NCBI GenBank assembly: GCA_029934475.1
Contig: JAOZMC010000002.1
Coordinates: 27 to 64,026 of the forward strand
Length of the DNA: 64,000 nt
Reading direction: 5' to 3'
Origin: Arcobacteraceae bacterium
GTDB taxonomy: Bacteria > Campylobacterota > Campylobacteria > Campylobacterales > Arcobacteraceae
Shown here: positions 7,308-17,619 of the stretch, piece after piece
Numbering within the stretch: position 1 is the stretch's first letter
How the letters are laid out: every line of letters begins with the position of its first letter
Notes under the pieces: generated by a model
What the model was told of the DNA's origin: nothing
Databases searched by the model: none
The model's input: the letters and a program-made list of their open reading frames with translations, nothing else
Program-made: the position numbers and the translations under genes

Positions 7308-8726
7308 ATGAAAATATTTATTAACCTGTGTTTGGTTGTCTCTATAGGCTTTGCTACATCGTATGACAACTGGGCAAAAAAGAAAAACAACGAATATAAA
7401 ACCTACAAGATAAATCAAGACAGGGCATTTGCCAATGGTTTGAAAAAACAGTGGCAAGAGTATAGGCTCAAACATGACAAAACAAGATTTCAAAAAACCA
7501 AACCAGACACAGTGCCACAAAAATCAAAAGAAACAAAAAAAAGATTAGCAGACTACAAAAACTCAAAAAAAGTTCGTATAAAACCTATCAAACAAAAAAG
7601 AATAAAAGAGTTAGCTAAAAAGAGGGTCAAGCTACTAAGCAAAGATAAACTTGTGGGCATAAACTTTTTTGGCACTTCCTCGCAAGTAGCATACAACAAC
7701 AAATACAACTTTAAGCTACACAACATATCAAAAAATAGCATAGCTGACTTTTGGCATGAGTTTTCACGAAAAGATTATAGACCACTCATAAAACAGTTTG
7801 AATTTCACTTTGGCAATATGCAGCTAAACGACTGGGCTAAATATAAGTTTGTGCACAAGATGGGCATGAAGTTTTATGGGCAAAAAAACAAGGCAAATCT
7901 GTTTACATGGTTTGTCCTGACCAAACTAGGGCTGGATGTAAAAGTAGGATACAATAGTGACAACATATACCTGCTAAGTGCAATATCTCACAAGCTATAT
8001 CAGGTGTCATATTTTCATATAAACAACAAAAGGTATTATGTGCTAGTGCCAGGTGGTAGAGCAAAAGGACTAACAAACATACGGACATATAGGTCAAACT
8101 ATAGTAGAAGTTTGCGAGAGCTTAGCTTCAAGATAGACAGACCGCTCAAACTAGATGATAAAAAGATATTGAAAGATTATTCTTTTGGATATTATAACAA
8201 AACCTACAAAATAAACACAATAATCAACAAAAATCTTATAGATTTTTATAGTTCATATCCGCAAAGTGATTATAGGATCTATTTTGATTCTAAAGTATCA
8301 AATATGACTAGAAGCAGACTTCTTGCTGGTTTGCGAAGGATAATAGATGGCAAAAAAGAGATAGAAGCGGTCAATATACTACTGAGATTTGTGCAAACTG
8401 GTTTTGCCTACAAGACAGACCAGCTACACTTCAAATATGAGAAGGTATTGTTTCCAGAGGAGACTTTGTATTATAGATATAGCGACTGTGAAGATAGGAC
8501 CATATTGTTTACATATCTAGTGAAAAATTTGCTAAACTTAGAGACTATAGGACTGAAATACAAAGACCACATAGCATCTGCTGTGGCATTGAGCTCAAAA
8601 ATAAAAGGCGACGGATACAAGGTAAACGGCAAGCTGTATTATGTAGCAGACCCTACATTTGTAAATGCAAATATAGGTGAGACAATGACAAAATACAAAA
8701 ACAAGATACCAAAAGCTATATATTAA
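7308..8726 (+). CDS. Secreted protein with Lys-rich N-terminal region and C-terminal transglutaminase-like (Cys-His-Asp) domain
   Basis: Has an N-terminal signal-like segment. The C-terminal third has ordered YSDCEDRTILF ... KDHIASAV ... YYVADPT, resembling the Cys/His/Asp triad of transglutaminase-like cysteine peptidases (pattern match only). Confidence 0.5.
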   Translation: MKIFINLCLVVSIGFATSYDNWAKKKNNEYKTYKINQDRAFANGLKKQWQEYRLKHDKTRFQKTKPDTVPQKSKETKKRLADYKNSKKVRIKPIKQKRIKELAKKRVKLLSKDKLVGINFFGTSSQVAYNNKYNFKLHNISKNSIADFWHEFSRKDYRPLIKQFEFHFGNMQLNDWAKYKFVHKMGMKFYGQKNKANLFTWFVLTKLGLDVKVGYNSDNIYLLSAISHKLYQVSYFHINNKRYYVLVPGGRAKGLTNIRTYRSNYSRSLRELSFKIDRPLKLDDKKILKDYSFGYYNKTYKINTIINKNLIDFYSSYPQSDYRIYFDSKVSNMTRSRLLAGLRRIIDGKKEIEAVNILLRFVQTGFAYKTDQLHFKYEKVLFPEETLYYRYSDCEDRTILFTYLVKNLLNLETIGLKYKDHIASAVALSSKIKGDGYKVNGKLYYVADPTFVNANIGETMTKYKNKIPKAIY

Positions 8727-8783
8727 AGAACTAACATAAAAAAGAGCACAAAAGCACAGATACTAACGATAAAAGATATATTT

Positions 8784-9380
8784 GTGGCAAAATATGACAA
8801 AGCCAAAACTGAACTAAACTACAAAAATGGCTACGAACTTCTCGTAGCCATAGTCCTATCAGCACAATGCACCGACAAGAGAGTCAATATTATCACAGTC
8901 AAACTGTTTGAAAAATATCCAGATATAATATCACTATCAAAGGCAAAAGTAGATGATATAAAACAACTCATAGATAGCTGTAGCTTTTTCAACAACAAAG
9001 CAAACAATCTTTTAACTATGGCAACTCAGATAAAAGAGCAATACAACTACAGCATACCAAAGAGACAAAAAGAGCTAGAAACTCTAGCAGGAGTAGGCGA
9101 AAAGACAGCTTGTGTATATCTCATAGAACTTTACGATGCAAATATCATGGCAGTAGATACTCATGTGTTTCGTGTATCTCATAGGCTGGGCTTGAGCTAT
9201 GCAAAGACAGTCGCACAGACAAAGATAGAACTAGAGAAAAAGTTTGAAACAGACCTAAACAAACTTCACCAAGCTATGGTGTTGTTTGGGCGATATATAT
9301 GTAAGGCTGTTAAGCCAGATTGTGATAGATGTATATTGGTTGAGTTTTGCAAGAGTAAAAAAAGTTTCAAACCATCATGA
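8784..9380 (+). CDS. nth: Endonuclease III
   Basis: Contains LSAQCTDKRVN, the HhH-GPD motif LAGVGEKTA...VDTHVFRV, and the C-terminal 4Fe-4S cluster C-x6-C-x2-C-x5-C. The first canonical start is GTG 8784 (see finding on N-terminus). Confidence 0.9.
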   Translation: MAKYDKAKTELNYKNGYELLVAIVLSAQCTDKRVNIITVKLFEKYPDIISLSKAKVDDIKQLIDSCSFFNNKANNLLTMATQIKEQYNYSIPKRQKELETLAGVGEKTACVYLIELYDANIMAVDTHVFRVSHRLGLSYAKTVAQTKIELEKKFETDLNKLHQAMVLFGRYICKAVKPDCDRCILVEFCKSKKSFKPS

Positions 9381-10474
9381 ACTATTTTGATAGTGAGTTA
9401 AAAGCGATAAAAAGAGCAAACAGATTTCGCCACAGAAAACTATATGACGATACTTTAACGGATTTCGCTTCAAATGATTTTCTAGGACTAGCACAAAACA
9501 AAACTATAGCAAAAAAGTCTGCGAACTGTTTTCTAAAACAGCACAACTACGGCTCAAAATCATCTATGATAGTCAACGGCTACCACGATATACACCACAA
9601 ACTAGAAAAGCTACTATGTAGGACAAATGGTTTTGAAAGTGGTATCATAGTAGGAAGCGGGTTTTTGGCAAATATAAGTTTGTTTGAAAGTATGGCTAGA
9701 AGGGGCGATATGCTAGTAGTAGATGAAAGCTACCATGCTAGTGGTATGATGGCTAGCAGATTAAGCCGTGCAAAGGTGGAGATATTTGCTCACAATAACA
9801 CAGCACAGCTAGAGAGAATACTGCGACAAAACCACAACACACACAAAAGAAAAATAGTAGCTATAGAGGGGGTGTATTCTATGAGTGGTGATATGGCAAA
9901 TCCCGATATATATGATATTTGCAACAGATACGAGGCTATACTTATAGTAGATGAAGCTCATAGTAGCGGTGTAGTGGGCGAAAATCTAAACGGATGGTTT
10001 GACTACAACAATCTAAAAATAAAATCAAACCATATAAAGATGGCGACATTTGGCAAGGCATACGGTAGTTACGGAGCATATATACTAGGTTCGCGGCAGT
10101 TGATAAGCTATCTGGAAAACAGGGCGAAGCCTGTCATATATAGCACTGCTTTGTCGTTGTTTGATACTATATATGCATATTATAGTATCAAACATATACA
10201 AAAAAACAAACAAAAAATAAGAGATAAAATCAAACAGATACAAGCTACTACCAAAGAGATATTGGGCATAAATATGCCAGCACTTATATTGCCTATAAAT
10301 CAAAGCTCAAATAGAGCCACGATACAAGCACAAAACAAACTTCAGAAAGCAGGATTTGCCGTAGGAGCTATACGACAGCCGACAGTCAAGACACCAATAA
10401 TAAGAATAATACCAAAGATAAATATAAAACTAGCTAAACTTAAAGTAGTTTTGGATATAATCAAAAATATATAA
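9377..10474 (+). CDS. bioF: 8-amino-7-oxononanoate synthase
   Basis: Class II aminotransferase fold: SNDFLGL, VDEAHSSGVVG, and the PLP lysine context TFGKAYGSYGAY. Its start overlaps the nth stop (ATGA). Confidence 0.85.
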   Translation: MNYFDSELKAIKRANRFRHRKLYDDTLTDFASNDFLGLAQNKTIAKKSANCFLKQHNYGSKSSMIVNGYHDIHHKLEKLLCRTNGFESGIIVGSGFLANISLFESMARRGDMLVVDESYHASGMMASRLSRAKVEIFAHNNTAQLERILRQNHNTHKRKIVAIEGVYSMSGDMANPDIYDICNRYEAILIVDEAHSSGVVGENLNGWFDYNNLKIKSNHIKMATFGKAYGSYGAYILGSRQLISYLENRAKPVIYSTALSLFDTIYAYYSIKHIQKNKQKIRDKIKQIQATTKEILGINMPALILPINQSSNRATIQAQNKLQKAGFAVGAIRQPTVKTPIIRIIPKINIKLAKLKVVLDIIKNI

Positions 10475-10488
10475 AATATAAGGATATT

Positions 10489-11028
10489 ATGATGACACAA
10501 GAGATAAAACGGTTGTTGATAGATAGTATAGACACGGTGCCAGACTTTCCAAAGCAGGGCATAAAGTTTAAAGATATCACTACTTTGCTAAACAAACCAG
10601 AGGCATTTTCGCAACTTATGAATCATCTGCAAAACAGATATAAAGATATAAAGATAGATTATATAGTGGGACTTGATGCTAGGGGGTTTATATTTGGCAG
10701 TGTGTTAGCCGATAGACTAAACAAAGGTTTCGTAGCATTGCGAAAAAGGGGCAAACTACCAGGCGAGACTATCAAAGAGAGATACGAACTAGAGTATGGA
10801 TATGATGAAGTAGAGCTACGGACAAACTGCTTTGAAGGTAAAAAAGCAAAAGTGCTAGTAGTAGATGACTTGCTAGCAACTGGTGGCACGGCAAAAGCAT
10901 CTGCCAAACTGATACACAGACTAGATGCTACTGTGGTGGAGTTTTGTTTTGTGATAGGTTTACCAGAACTAAAAGGCAAAGACCAGCTAATAGACACAGC
11001 TCCTGTATATACTGTGTTGGAGTTTTGA
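10489..11028 (+). CDS. apt: Adenine phosphoribosyltransferase
   Basis: 179 aa with FPKQGIKFKDIT and the PRPP-binding motif VLVVDDLLATGGTA. Confidence 0.9.
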   Translation: MMTQEIKRLLIDSIDTVPDFPKQGIKFKDITTLLNKPEAFSQLMNHLQNRYKDIKIDYIVGLDARGFIFGSVLADRLNKGFVALRKRGKLPGETIKERYELEYGYDEVELRTNCFEGKKAKVLVVDDLLATGGTAKASAKLIHRLDATVVEFCFVIGLPELKGKDQLIDTAPVYTVLEF

Positions 11029-11039
11029 CCGTGCTTATC

Positions 11040-12371
11040 ATGGCAGTAGTGTTGGGTTTGTTGCTGGTGGGTTGTGTGATATTTTTGTATATATTATACA
11101 ATCAAACTATAGATCAAAAAGAGATAATACGCTCTATAAAACTACGATACAAAGAAAAGTCAGATATGTTAAATGACAAAGACATACAAGTCGCACAACT
11201 AAATGAAAAGCTAGCATACTTGACAGGTGTTCAAGCTAGATATGATGTAATAAATCTCAAGTTGATAGATAGCAACAGAGAGAACGAAGGACTGAAAACA
11301 AAACTAGAACAACAAAAGCTATATATGGAGGACAGACAAGAATATATCACAAAAGGTGAAGAGAGGTTGAAAAACCAATTTGCTCAAATATCACAAGAGA
11401 TTACACAAAAAAATACACAGATGCTCGACAAATCAAACCAAAAAAGTATGAAAGATATCATAACTCCTATGCAAACACAGCTAACAGAGTTTAAAAAACG
11501 AGTAGAACATATATATGACAACGACAGCAAAGATAGAGCAAAGATAGGTTTCGAGCTACAAAGCCTAAAGGAGTTAAACCAAAAAATGTCTCAAGATGCC
11601 ATAAACTTGACAAGAGCATTGACACATGACAACAAAACCCAAGGAAGCTGGGGCGAGGTGGTGCTAGAAAAAGTGCTAGAAAGCTCAGGGCTACGAAAAG
11701 AGAAAGAATACAAAAGGGAAGTTAGACTAAAGGATGACAAAGGCAATCTATATAGACCAGATGTAGTGGTGTATCTACCAGAAAACAGACATATCATCAT
11801 AGATGCGAAAAGTTCGCTCATAGCATACAACCAATATATAAACCAACACAATGAAGAGAATAAACAAAAATATTTAGCAGAGCATATATTGTCTATAAAA
11901 ACACATATAAAAGGATTGGCAAGCAGAAAATATGAAAAACTACAAGATATCAATAGTTTGGATTTTGTGTTTATGTTTGTGCCTATAGAGAGTGCTTTGC
12001 TTTTGGCTTTGGAGCATGATGTGTCGCTTTTTGATAACGCATTTAATCAAAAGATTATACTAGTCAGTCCATCGACACTGCTCGTAGCTTTAAGAGCAGT
12101 GGAAAATAGCTGGCGATATGAAAAGCAAGCAAAAAATATTCACAAGATATATGACAGAGCAGAAAAACTATATGATAAGTTTGTAAGTTTTACTGATGAT
12201 ATGCTAAATATCGGCAAAGGACTTCAAAGAGCACAAACAAGCTACGATAATACAGTTAATAAATTAAGTGGGACGGGCGGTCTTGTAAGGCAAGCACAGA
12301 TGTTAAAAAAAGTTTCAAATATAAAATCAAGAACAGATATTGACAAAAAACTTTTAGAGGAAAATAGTTGA
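11040..12371 (+). CDS. rmuC: DNA recombination protein RmuC
   Basis: N-terminal TM helix, long coiled coil, and a C-terminal RmuC nuclease-like domain (GSWGEVVLEKVLE...RPDVVVYLPENRHIIIDAK...FMFVPIE). ATG 11040 was chosen over the track start 10944, which overlaps apt. Confidence 0.85.
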   Translation: MAVVLGLLLVGCVIFLYILYNQTIDQKEIIRSIKLRYKEKSDMLNDKDIQVAQLNEKLAYLTGVQARYDVINLKLIDSNRENEGLKTKLEQQKLYMEDRQEYITKGEERLKNQFAQISQEITQKNTQMLDKSNQKSMKDIITPMQTQLTEFKKRVEHIYDNDSKDRAKIGFELQSLKELNQKMSQDAINLTRALTHDNKTQGSWGEVVLEKVLESSGLRKEKEYKREVRLKDDKGNLYRPDVVVYLPENRHIIIDAKSSLIAYNQYINQHNEENKQKYLAEHILSIKTHIKGLASRKYEKLQDINSLDFVFMFVPIESALLLALEHDVSLFDNAFNQKIILVSPSTLLVALRAVENSWRYEKQAKNIHKIYDRAEKLYDKFVSFTDDMLNIGKGLQRAQTSYDNTVNKLSGTGGLVRQAQMLKKVSNIKSRTDIDKKLLEENS

Positions 12372-14320
12372 CAAAAGACCAATATGACCAAGCCATAAGC
12401 ACACTGAAGGTTTGGCAAAAAGCATACTACCAACTAGACAATCCAGTTGCTACAGATGATGAGTGGGATAACCTGTATAGGCAAGTAGAACTATATGAGT
12501 CAAACAATCCAGACCACACAGACCCCAGCTCACCTACTAAAACTGTAGGCGATACGGTGCAAAAAAAGTTTGACAAACAGGCACATATCTCTCCTATGTG
12601 GTCGCTAGAAGATCTGTTTGATATAGATGAGTTGAGAAACTGGGTTGCTAGATGTGAAAAAACAGTCAAGCCAGACCTGCTTATATGTGAGCCCAAATAT
12701 GATGGTGTAAGTCTAAATATCATATACAAACAGGGCAAACTTTTCAAAGCCATAACTAGAGGCGACGGCAAGGTAGGTGAAGATGTGACACAAAATGCCA
12801 AAACTATAGACTCTATACCAAAGAGCATAAGCTATATGGACGATATAGAGATACGTGGTGAAGTAGTCATAACAAAAAGCCAGTTTGACAAGATCAATTC
12901 GCAAAGGGCAAAAGAGAACAAACCACTGTTTGCAAATCCTAGAAACATGGCAGCAGGTAGTTTAAAGCAACTAGACAGTAGTATAACCAAAAGCAGAAAG
13001 CTAGAGTTTATACTGTGGGGTGTGGGGCAAAATAGTTTAAAATTTGACAGGGTATCACAGATTATGGAGTTTGTCTATAGTTTGGGATTTGACAAGCCAA
13101 TAGTTAGCAAACATTGTCACAATATAGAGGATATTGAGAAGTTTTATCACTATATGATAGACCAAAGAGACAAGATAGATATAGCTTTGGATGGTATGGT
13201 TATTAAATATGACCTAGTATCATATCAGCAGATATTGGGCTGGACGGTTAAGTATCCCAAGTGGTCATGTGCCTATAAATTTCCAGCAGTAGAAAAGAGC
13301 ACTAAGCTTGTGGGAATATCTCTACAAGTAGGCAGAACAGGAGCGGTCACACCAGTAGCTATACTGGAGCCTGTGCCGATAGATGGCTCTACTGTAGGCA
13401 AGGCAAGTTTACACAATTTTGACGAGATAGATAGATTGGGTCTCATGATAGGCGATGAAGTGGTGGTTTTGAAAAGTGGCGATATAATACCAAAGATAGT
13501 CAAAGTTCTAAAAGATAGGCGGACAGGTACCGAGATACCTATAGACAAGCCTACAAACTGCCCTACATGTGGCCAGGCACTACACTACGAGGATATACTG
13601 ATAAAATGTGTCAATCTACAATGCCCCGACAAAGTCATAAATAGCATAGCTTTTTTTGCTAGCAAAGGGTGTGCCAATATAGACGGACTTGGAGAAAAGA
13701 TAGTCAAGCTACTATATGAAAAAAAGATAATATCAAACATACTTGATATATATAAGCTCAAAAGAGAAAGCTTGGTAGGGCTGGAGAGTTTCAAAGACAA
13801 AAAGATAGACAACCTGCTACAAGCTATAGAAAATAGCAAAAACATGAAGCTGTCAAAATTTATAAATAGTTTAGGTATTTTAAACATAGGCGAAGTTGCT
13901 AGTGTGGATATAGTCAAGCAGTTTGGTGATAAGTTTATAGATGTAAGTATAGAGCAACTTGTATACATAGATGGATTTGGTGATATTATGGCGAAAAGTT
14001 TTGTGGAATTTATGGATATAAATCGCCAGTTGGTCTGTGAGCTTATAGACACAATATCGCCTATAGTTGATGAGTTTGAACAAGTTGCTGACAATAGATT
14101 CAAAGACAAAACAGTAGTGCTAACTGGCACGATGGCAAAAAGTAGAAACGAGATAAAACAAAAGCTAGAAAATATGGGAGCAAAAGTAGGTTCAGCTGTT
14201 TCTAGTAGCACTGACTTTTTGATCATAGGCGAAAAAGCTGGAAGCAAACTTAAAAAGGCTAGAGAGCTAGGCATAGAGGTGCTGACATACGATAGTATTA
14301 TAGGAGAGATAGATGGATGA
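12368..14320 (+). CDS. ligA: NAD-dependent DNA ligase
   Basis: 650 aa with adenylation motif CEPKYDGVS, OB fold, Zn finger C-x2-C...C-x4-C, HhH repeats and a C-terminal BRCT domain. TTG start overlaps the rmuC stop. Confidence 0.95.
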   Translation: MTKDQYDQAISTLKVWQKAYYQLDNPVATDDEWDNLYRQVELYESNNPDHTDPSSPTKTVGDTVQKKFDKQAHISPMWSLEDLFDIDELRNWVARCEKTVKPDLLICEPKYDGVSLNIIYKQGKLFKAITRGDGKVGEDVTQNAKTIDSIPKSISYMDDIEIRGEVVITKSQFDKINSQRAKENKPLFANPRNMAAGSLKQLDSSITKSRKLEFILWGVGQNSLKFDRVSQIMEFVYSLGFDKPIVSKHCHNIEDIEKFYHYMIDQRDKIDIALDGMVIKYDLVSYQQILGWTVKYPKWSCAYKFPAVEKSTKLVGISLQVGRTGAVTPVAILEPVPIDGSTVGKASLHNFDEIDRLGLMIGDEVVVLKSGDIIPKIVKVLKDRRTGTEIPIDKPTNCPTCGQALHYEDILIKCVNLQCPDKVINSIAFFASKGCANIDGLGEKIVKLLYEKKIISNILDIYKLKRESLVGLESFKDKKIDNLLQAIENSKNMKLSKFINSLGILNIGEVASVDIVKQFGDKFIDVSIEQLVYIDGFGDIMAKSFVEFMDINRQLVCELIDTISPIVDEFEQVADNRFKDKTVVLTGTMAKSRNEIKQKLENMGAKVGSAVSSSTDFLIIGEKAGSKLKKARELGIEVLTYDSIIGEIDG

Positions 14321-14753
14321 AAAATTGGATATAAACAGTCTGGCACTGGCAACAAACAGATCAAGAGCGATGGCATTTGTGATAGATGACTTACTTATGA
14401 CATTTATAGCAATAGTGGTGCTATGGGATAGTCTAGCAGGTGTTCAAAACGAAGTTATGATAGCGCTATTGCAAGAAAATTTATATAAGATTATATTTAT
14501 AAAGTTTATATATCATACATTATTTGTATGGTATTATGGTGCGACTATCGGCAAGATGGCGATGAAAATACGAGTAATAGACTTCCATACTTATAAAAAT
14601 ATAACTCTGCTTAAAAGTGCTATACGGTCTGTAGGACGGGTGATAAGTGAGTTTTATTTTTATATCGGTTTCACTATAGCATTTTTCACCGCTTCTAGGC
14701 AAACATTTCACGATAAACTGTCGAAAACTTTGGTCATCAAAAATATAGGATAG
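14313..14753 (+). CDS. RDD-family membrane protein
   Basis: 146 aa. RSRAMAFVIDDLL at the N-terminus, hydrophobic segments, and the C-terminal FHDKLSKTLVI typical of RDD domains. Confidence 0.7.
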   Translation: MDEKLDINSLALATNRSRAMAFVIDDLLMTFIAIVVLWDSLAGVQNEVMIALLQENLYKIIFIKFIYHTLFVWYYGATIGKMAMKIRVIDFHTYKNITLLKSAIRSVGRVISEFYFYIGFTIAFFTASRQTFHDKLSKTLVIKNIG

Positions 14754-14756
14754 ATA

Positions 14757-16871
14757 TTGAAGTTTGTTTTTGTCTCGGTTGTGTTGTTTTGTATCGTTGT
14801 GCTTGCACAAGGGACAGAAGATGTCCAGCTACTATCAAAACAGTTCAGAACAAACGGCTCTAGCATACAAGGCTCTGGCGACGTGGTGATATTTTCGCCT
14901 ACATATTATCTAACAGCAAAAAGTATAGTATACGACAAAGAGAAAAAGACTTTGGACCTGCAAGAGGATGTGGCGGTGCTGAGAAACAACAATTTTTTTA
15001 GTCTGTCAAACAAAATCTTCGTGGATTTTCAAAATGACACGACAACTTTCGGCAATGTTACTATATTTGAAAACCAGACAGGAGTATGGATAAAATCAAA
15101 CGATGCAAACAAGACAGCACAGACCTATTTTCTACAACAATCCAAACTCTCTAGCTGTGATTGTGAATCGCCGTTTTGGAGTATAGAGTTTACTTCTGGC
15201 GACTATGACACAAAAGATAAGTGGGTAAATACATATAACACTAGACTATATATAGGCAAAGTGCCAGTGCTGTATGCTCCGTGGTTTGGGTTTTCTACCG
15301 ATGATACTAGACGAACTGGTATGTTGCATCCACGAGTGGGGTTGTCCAACAAAGAGGGATTGCTATATGCTCAGTCACTATTTGTAGCACCAGATAAAAA
15401 CTGGGATATAGAACTAACACCGCAGATCAGAACCAAAAGAGGCGAGGGTGTCTATGTCCAATACCGCTGGGCAGATAGTCCCTATTCGCTACTTCATATA
15501 AAGACAGGGGCATTTAAAGAAAAGTCAAAATACCAAGCAGACAACGAGATAGAAAACCAAACTCACAAAGGATACAACATAGACTACACTAGAAGTCATC
15601 TGTTTGCCTCTGGCGATAGTCAAGATGGTTTGACTATATCTATAAATGACCTAAATGATATAGGATATGAAAACTTACAAGACCTTGACAACAGTAGCGA
15701 AAAGCTAGAAGGTGCGAAACTTACATCGAAGCTAAACTATTTTTATAACCAAAACAAACAGTTCAGTATGATAGAGTTCAAATACTATAAAGACACGAGA
15801 AACAAAGACGAAGAGGGCAACTTGGTGGATCAAACAAAGATATTGCAACAACTTCCAAAGCTCAAATACCACAACTATCTGTCAAATTGGTTCGGCACTA
15901 GATGGACCACTGCTTTTGATATAGAGTCAAACAACTACACAAACGATGACGAGACAACACCTACGGCGAAAACAACCGATATCAAACTTTCGTTTGCCTA
16001 TTCGTTTGATATATTTCAAGAGTTTTTAAACATAGATCTAAACAAAAACTTTCACAGCAAACTCATAGACTATAGCCAAAAGCCACAAACTTATGAAAAT
16101 GCTAGATATATTCAAAGCGAAAATAGAATATCTGTATCTACAAGTCTGCTAAAACCGCTAGATAATACATATCATACTGTAGGTCTAAAGGTGGATCTCA
16201 CTACACCACAAGAGCTTGACATAGATGGCGATATATATTTAGATGAGACAGATGATGTAGCGTTAAAGCCGTTTGGTATGGAAAAAACGATAAAAAATAT
16301 CAACATATTGTTCAATCAATCATTTTATGACAAAACAAGTTTGACACATATATTAAACCACAAAATACGACAGCTCATAACGATAGACGAAGAGACAGAC
16401 AGACAAGACAAAAAGGCACTAGAAAACGAGATAATATATTATATGAAAGGCGGATATATCACAAACAAGATAAAATACAGCAACAAGTTAAACGAAGTCA
16501 TATCTACCATAAGTGAGATAAAAGATAGCAATGACTACTTTGCTATGAGTTTAAAACACAGCAAGACAAAAGAAAATGAAAACAACAACCTAGAAAAAGA
16601 TGAGACTATCATAATAGAAACATCGTTAAAATTTAACAGATATTATGAGCTAGGATACAAACAAAACTACAATCTGTTGGATGACTTATCTTCTATCAAG
16701 GAGTATTATCTGGATATACAAAAAAAATGCTGGGGAGCAACGATAGGTATAAAAGACCAGCTAGTATCGGCACCAACTATAGATAATGATGCCATAAGAG
16801 AAAAGATTTTATATATAAACTTTCTGCTCAAACCACTAGGTGGGATAGACAAGGAGTTTTTGTATGACTAA
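14757..16871 (+). CDS. lptD: LPS-assembly outer-membrane protein LptD (OstA family)
   Basis: 704 aa with a signal peptide and an N-terminal OstA-like segment (GSGDVVIFSPTYYLTAKSIVYDKEKKTLDLQEDV). The C-terminal region is large and rich in aromatic beta-strands, and the size fits epsilonproteobacterial LptD. Confidence 0.7.
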   Translation: MKFVFVSVVLFCIVVLAQGTEDVQLLSKQFRTNGSSIQGSGDVVIFSPTYYLTAKSIVYDKEKKTLDLQEDVAVLRNNNFFSLSNKIFVDFQNDTTTFGNVTIFENQTGVWIKSNDANKTAQTYFLQQSKLSSCDCESPFWSIEFTSGDYDTKDKWVNTYNTRLYIGKVPVLYAPWFGFSTDDTRRTGMLHPRVGLSNKEGLLYAQSLFVAPDKNWDIELTPQIRTKRGEGVYVQYRWADSPYSLLHIKTGAFKEKSKYQADNEIENQTHKGYNIDYTRSHLFASGDSQDGLTISINDLNDIGYENLQDLDNSSEKLEGAKLTSKLNYFYNQNKQFSMIEFKYYKDTRNKDEEGNLVDQTKILQQLPKLKYHNYLSNWFGTRWTTAFDIESNNYTNDDETTPTAKTTDIKLSFAYSFDIFQEFLNIDLNKNFHSKLIDYSQKPQTYENARYIQSENRISVSTSLLKPLDNTYHTVGLKVDLTTPQELDIDGDIYLDETDDVALKPFGMEKTIKNINILFNQSFYDKTSLTHILNHKIRQLITIDEETDRQDKKALENEIIYYMKGGYITNKIKYSNKLNEVISTISEIKDSNDYFAMSLKHSKTKENENNNLEKDETIIIETSLKFNRYYELGYKQNYNLLDDLSSIKEYYLDIQKKCWGATIGIKDQLVSAPTIDNDAIREKILYINFLLKPLGGIDKEFLYD

Positions 16872-17619
16872 AGTTGCAGGAGTGTTTGATAGTGGAGTAG
16901 GTGGGCTGACTGTCGTTCGGTCTATACTGGAGCAAAATATATTTGATAAGATAATATATTTTGGTGATACAGCCAGAGTGCCATATGGCAACAAAGACAA
17001 AGAGACTATCATAAGATATTCGCTAGAGGCGGTGGAGTTTTTCGAAGATTTTGATATAGATATCATCATAGTAGCTTGCAATACTGCTAGTGTATATGCT
17101 ATAGAAGATATGCAAAAAATGTCAAAAGTGCCAGTCCTTGGTGTCATAGATGCCGGTGTCGATATGGTATGTCAAAGAGTCAAAGACAAAAACGACAAGA
17201 TACTAACCATAGGAACACAAGGCACGATACAAAGTGCTGTATATGATACAAAACTTCGCAACAATGGCTACAACAATATAATAAATATCGCCACACCGCT
17301 TTTTGTGCCTATTGTAGAGCTAGAGCTTGAAAACACGGCTATATTGACACAGAGTATGAAGCACTATTTTGATAATGTTTGCGATATAAGATATATAATC
17401 CTTGGCTGCACTCACTTTCCGCTCATAGCTACAGATATATCAAACTATTTTCAAGGTGCAAAGACGATACATAGTGGCGAGGCGATAGTAGCAAAGCTTA
17501 TAAATGATTTTGGATATACAAGAGCAAAAAAATTATCAAAGATAGAGTTTTTTGCATCTGATGCTCTGCACCAACTCAAAGCAAGGGCAAAGTCGTGGCT
17601 TTTAGAAAAATATCTTTAG
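16864..17619 (+). CDS. murI: Glutamate racemase
   Basis: VFDSGVGGLTV, VACNTAS and LGCTHFPL are the catalytic-Cys motifs of MurI. Confidence 0.9.
   Translation: MTKVAGVFDSGVGGLTVVRSILEQNIFDKIIYFGDTARVPYGNKDKETIIRYSLEAVEFFEDFDIDIIIVACNTASVYAIEDMQKMSKVPVLGVIDAGVDMVCQRVKDKNDKILTIGTQGTIQSAVYDTKLRNNGYNNIINIATPLFVPIVELELENTAILTQSMKHYFDNVCDIRYIILGCTHFPLIATDISNYFQGAKTIHSGEAIVAKLINDFGYTRAKKLSKIEFFASDALHQLKARAKSWLLEKYL

Noticed and set aside
7370-7660. Lys-rich low-complexity stretches (7308-8726 N-terminus, GspD linker, GspC C-terminus) as functional repeats
   Set aside because: They are probably driven largely by AAA/AAG codon bias in an AT-rich genome. Only the OMP extension is reported, and at low interest.
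10944-11039. Track start of rmuC at 10944, overlapping the last 85 nt of apt
   Set aside because: The extension has no similarity to RmuC and overlaps apt. ATG 11040 gives the expected N-terminal TM helix (MAVVLGLLLVGCVIFLY).
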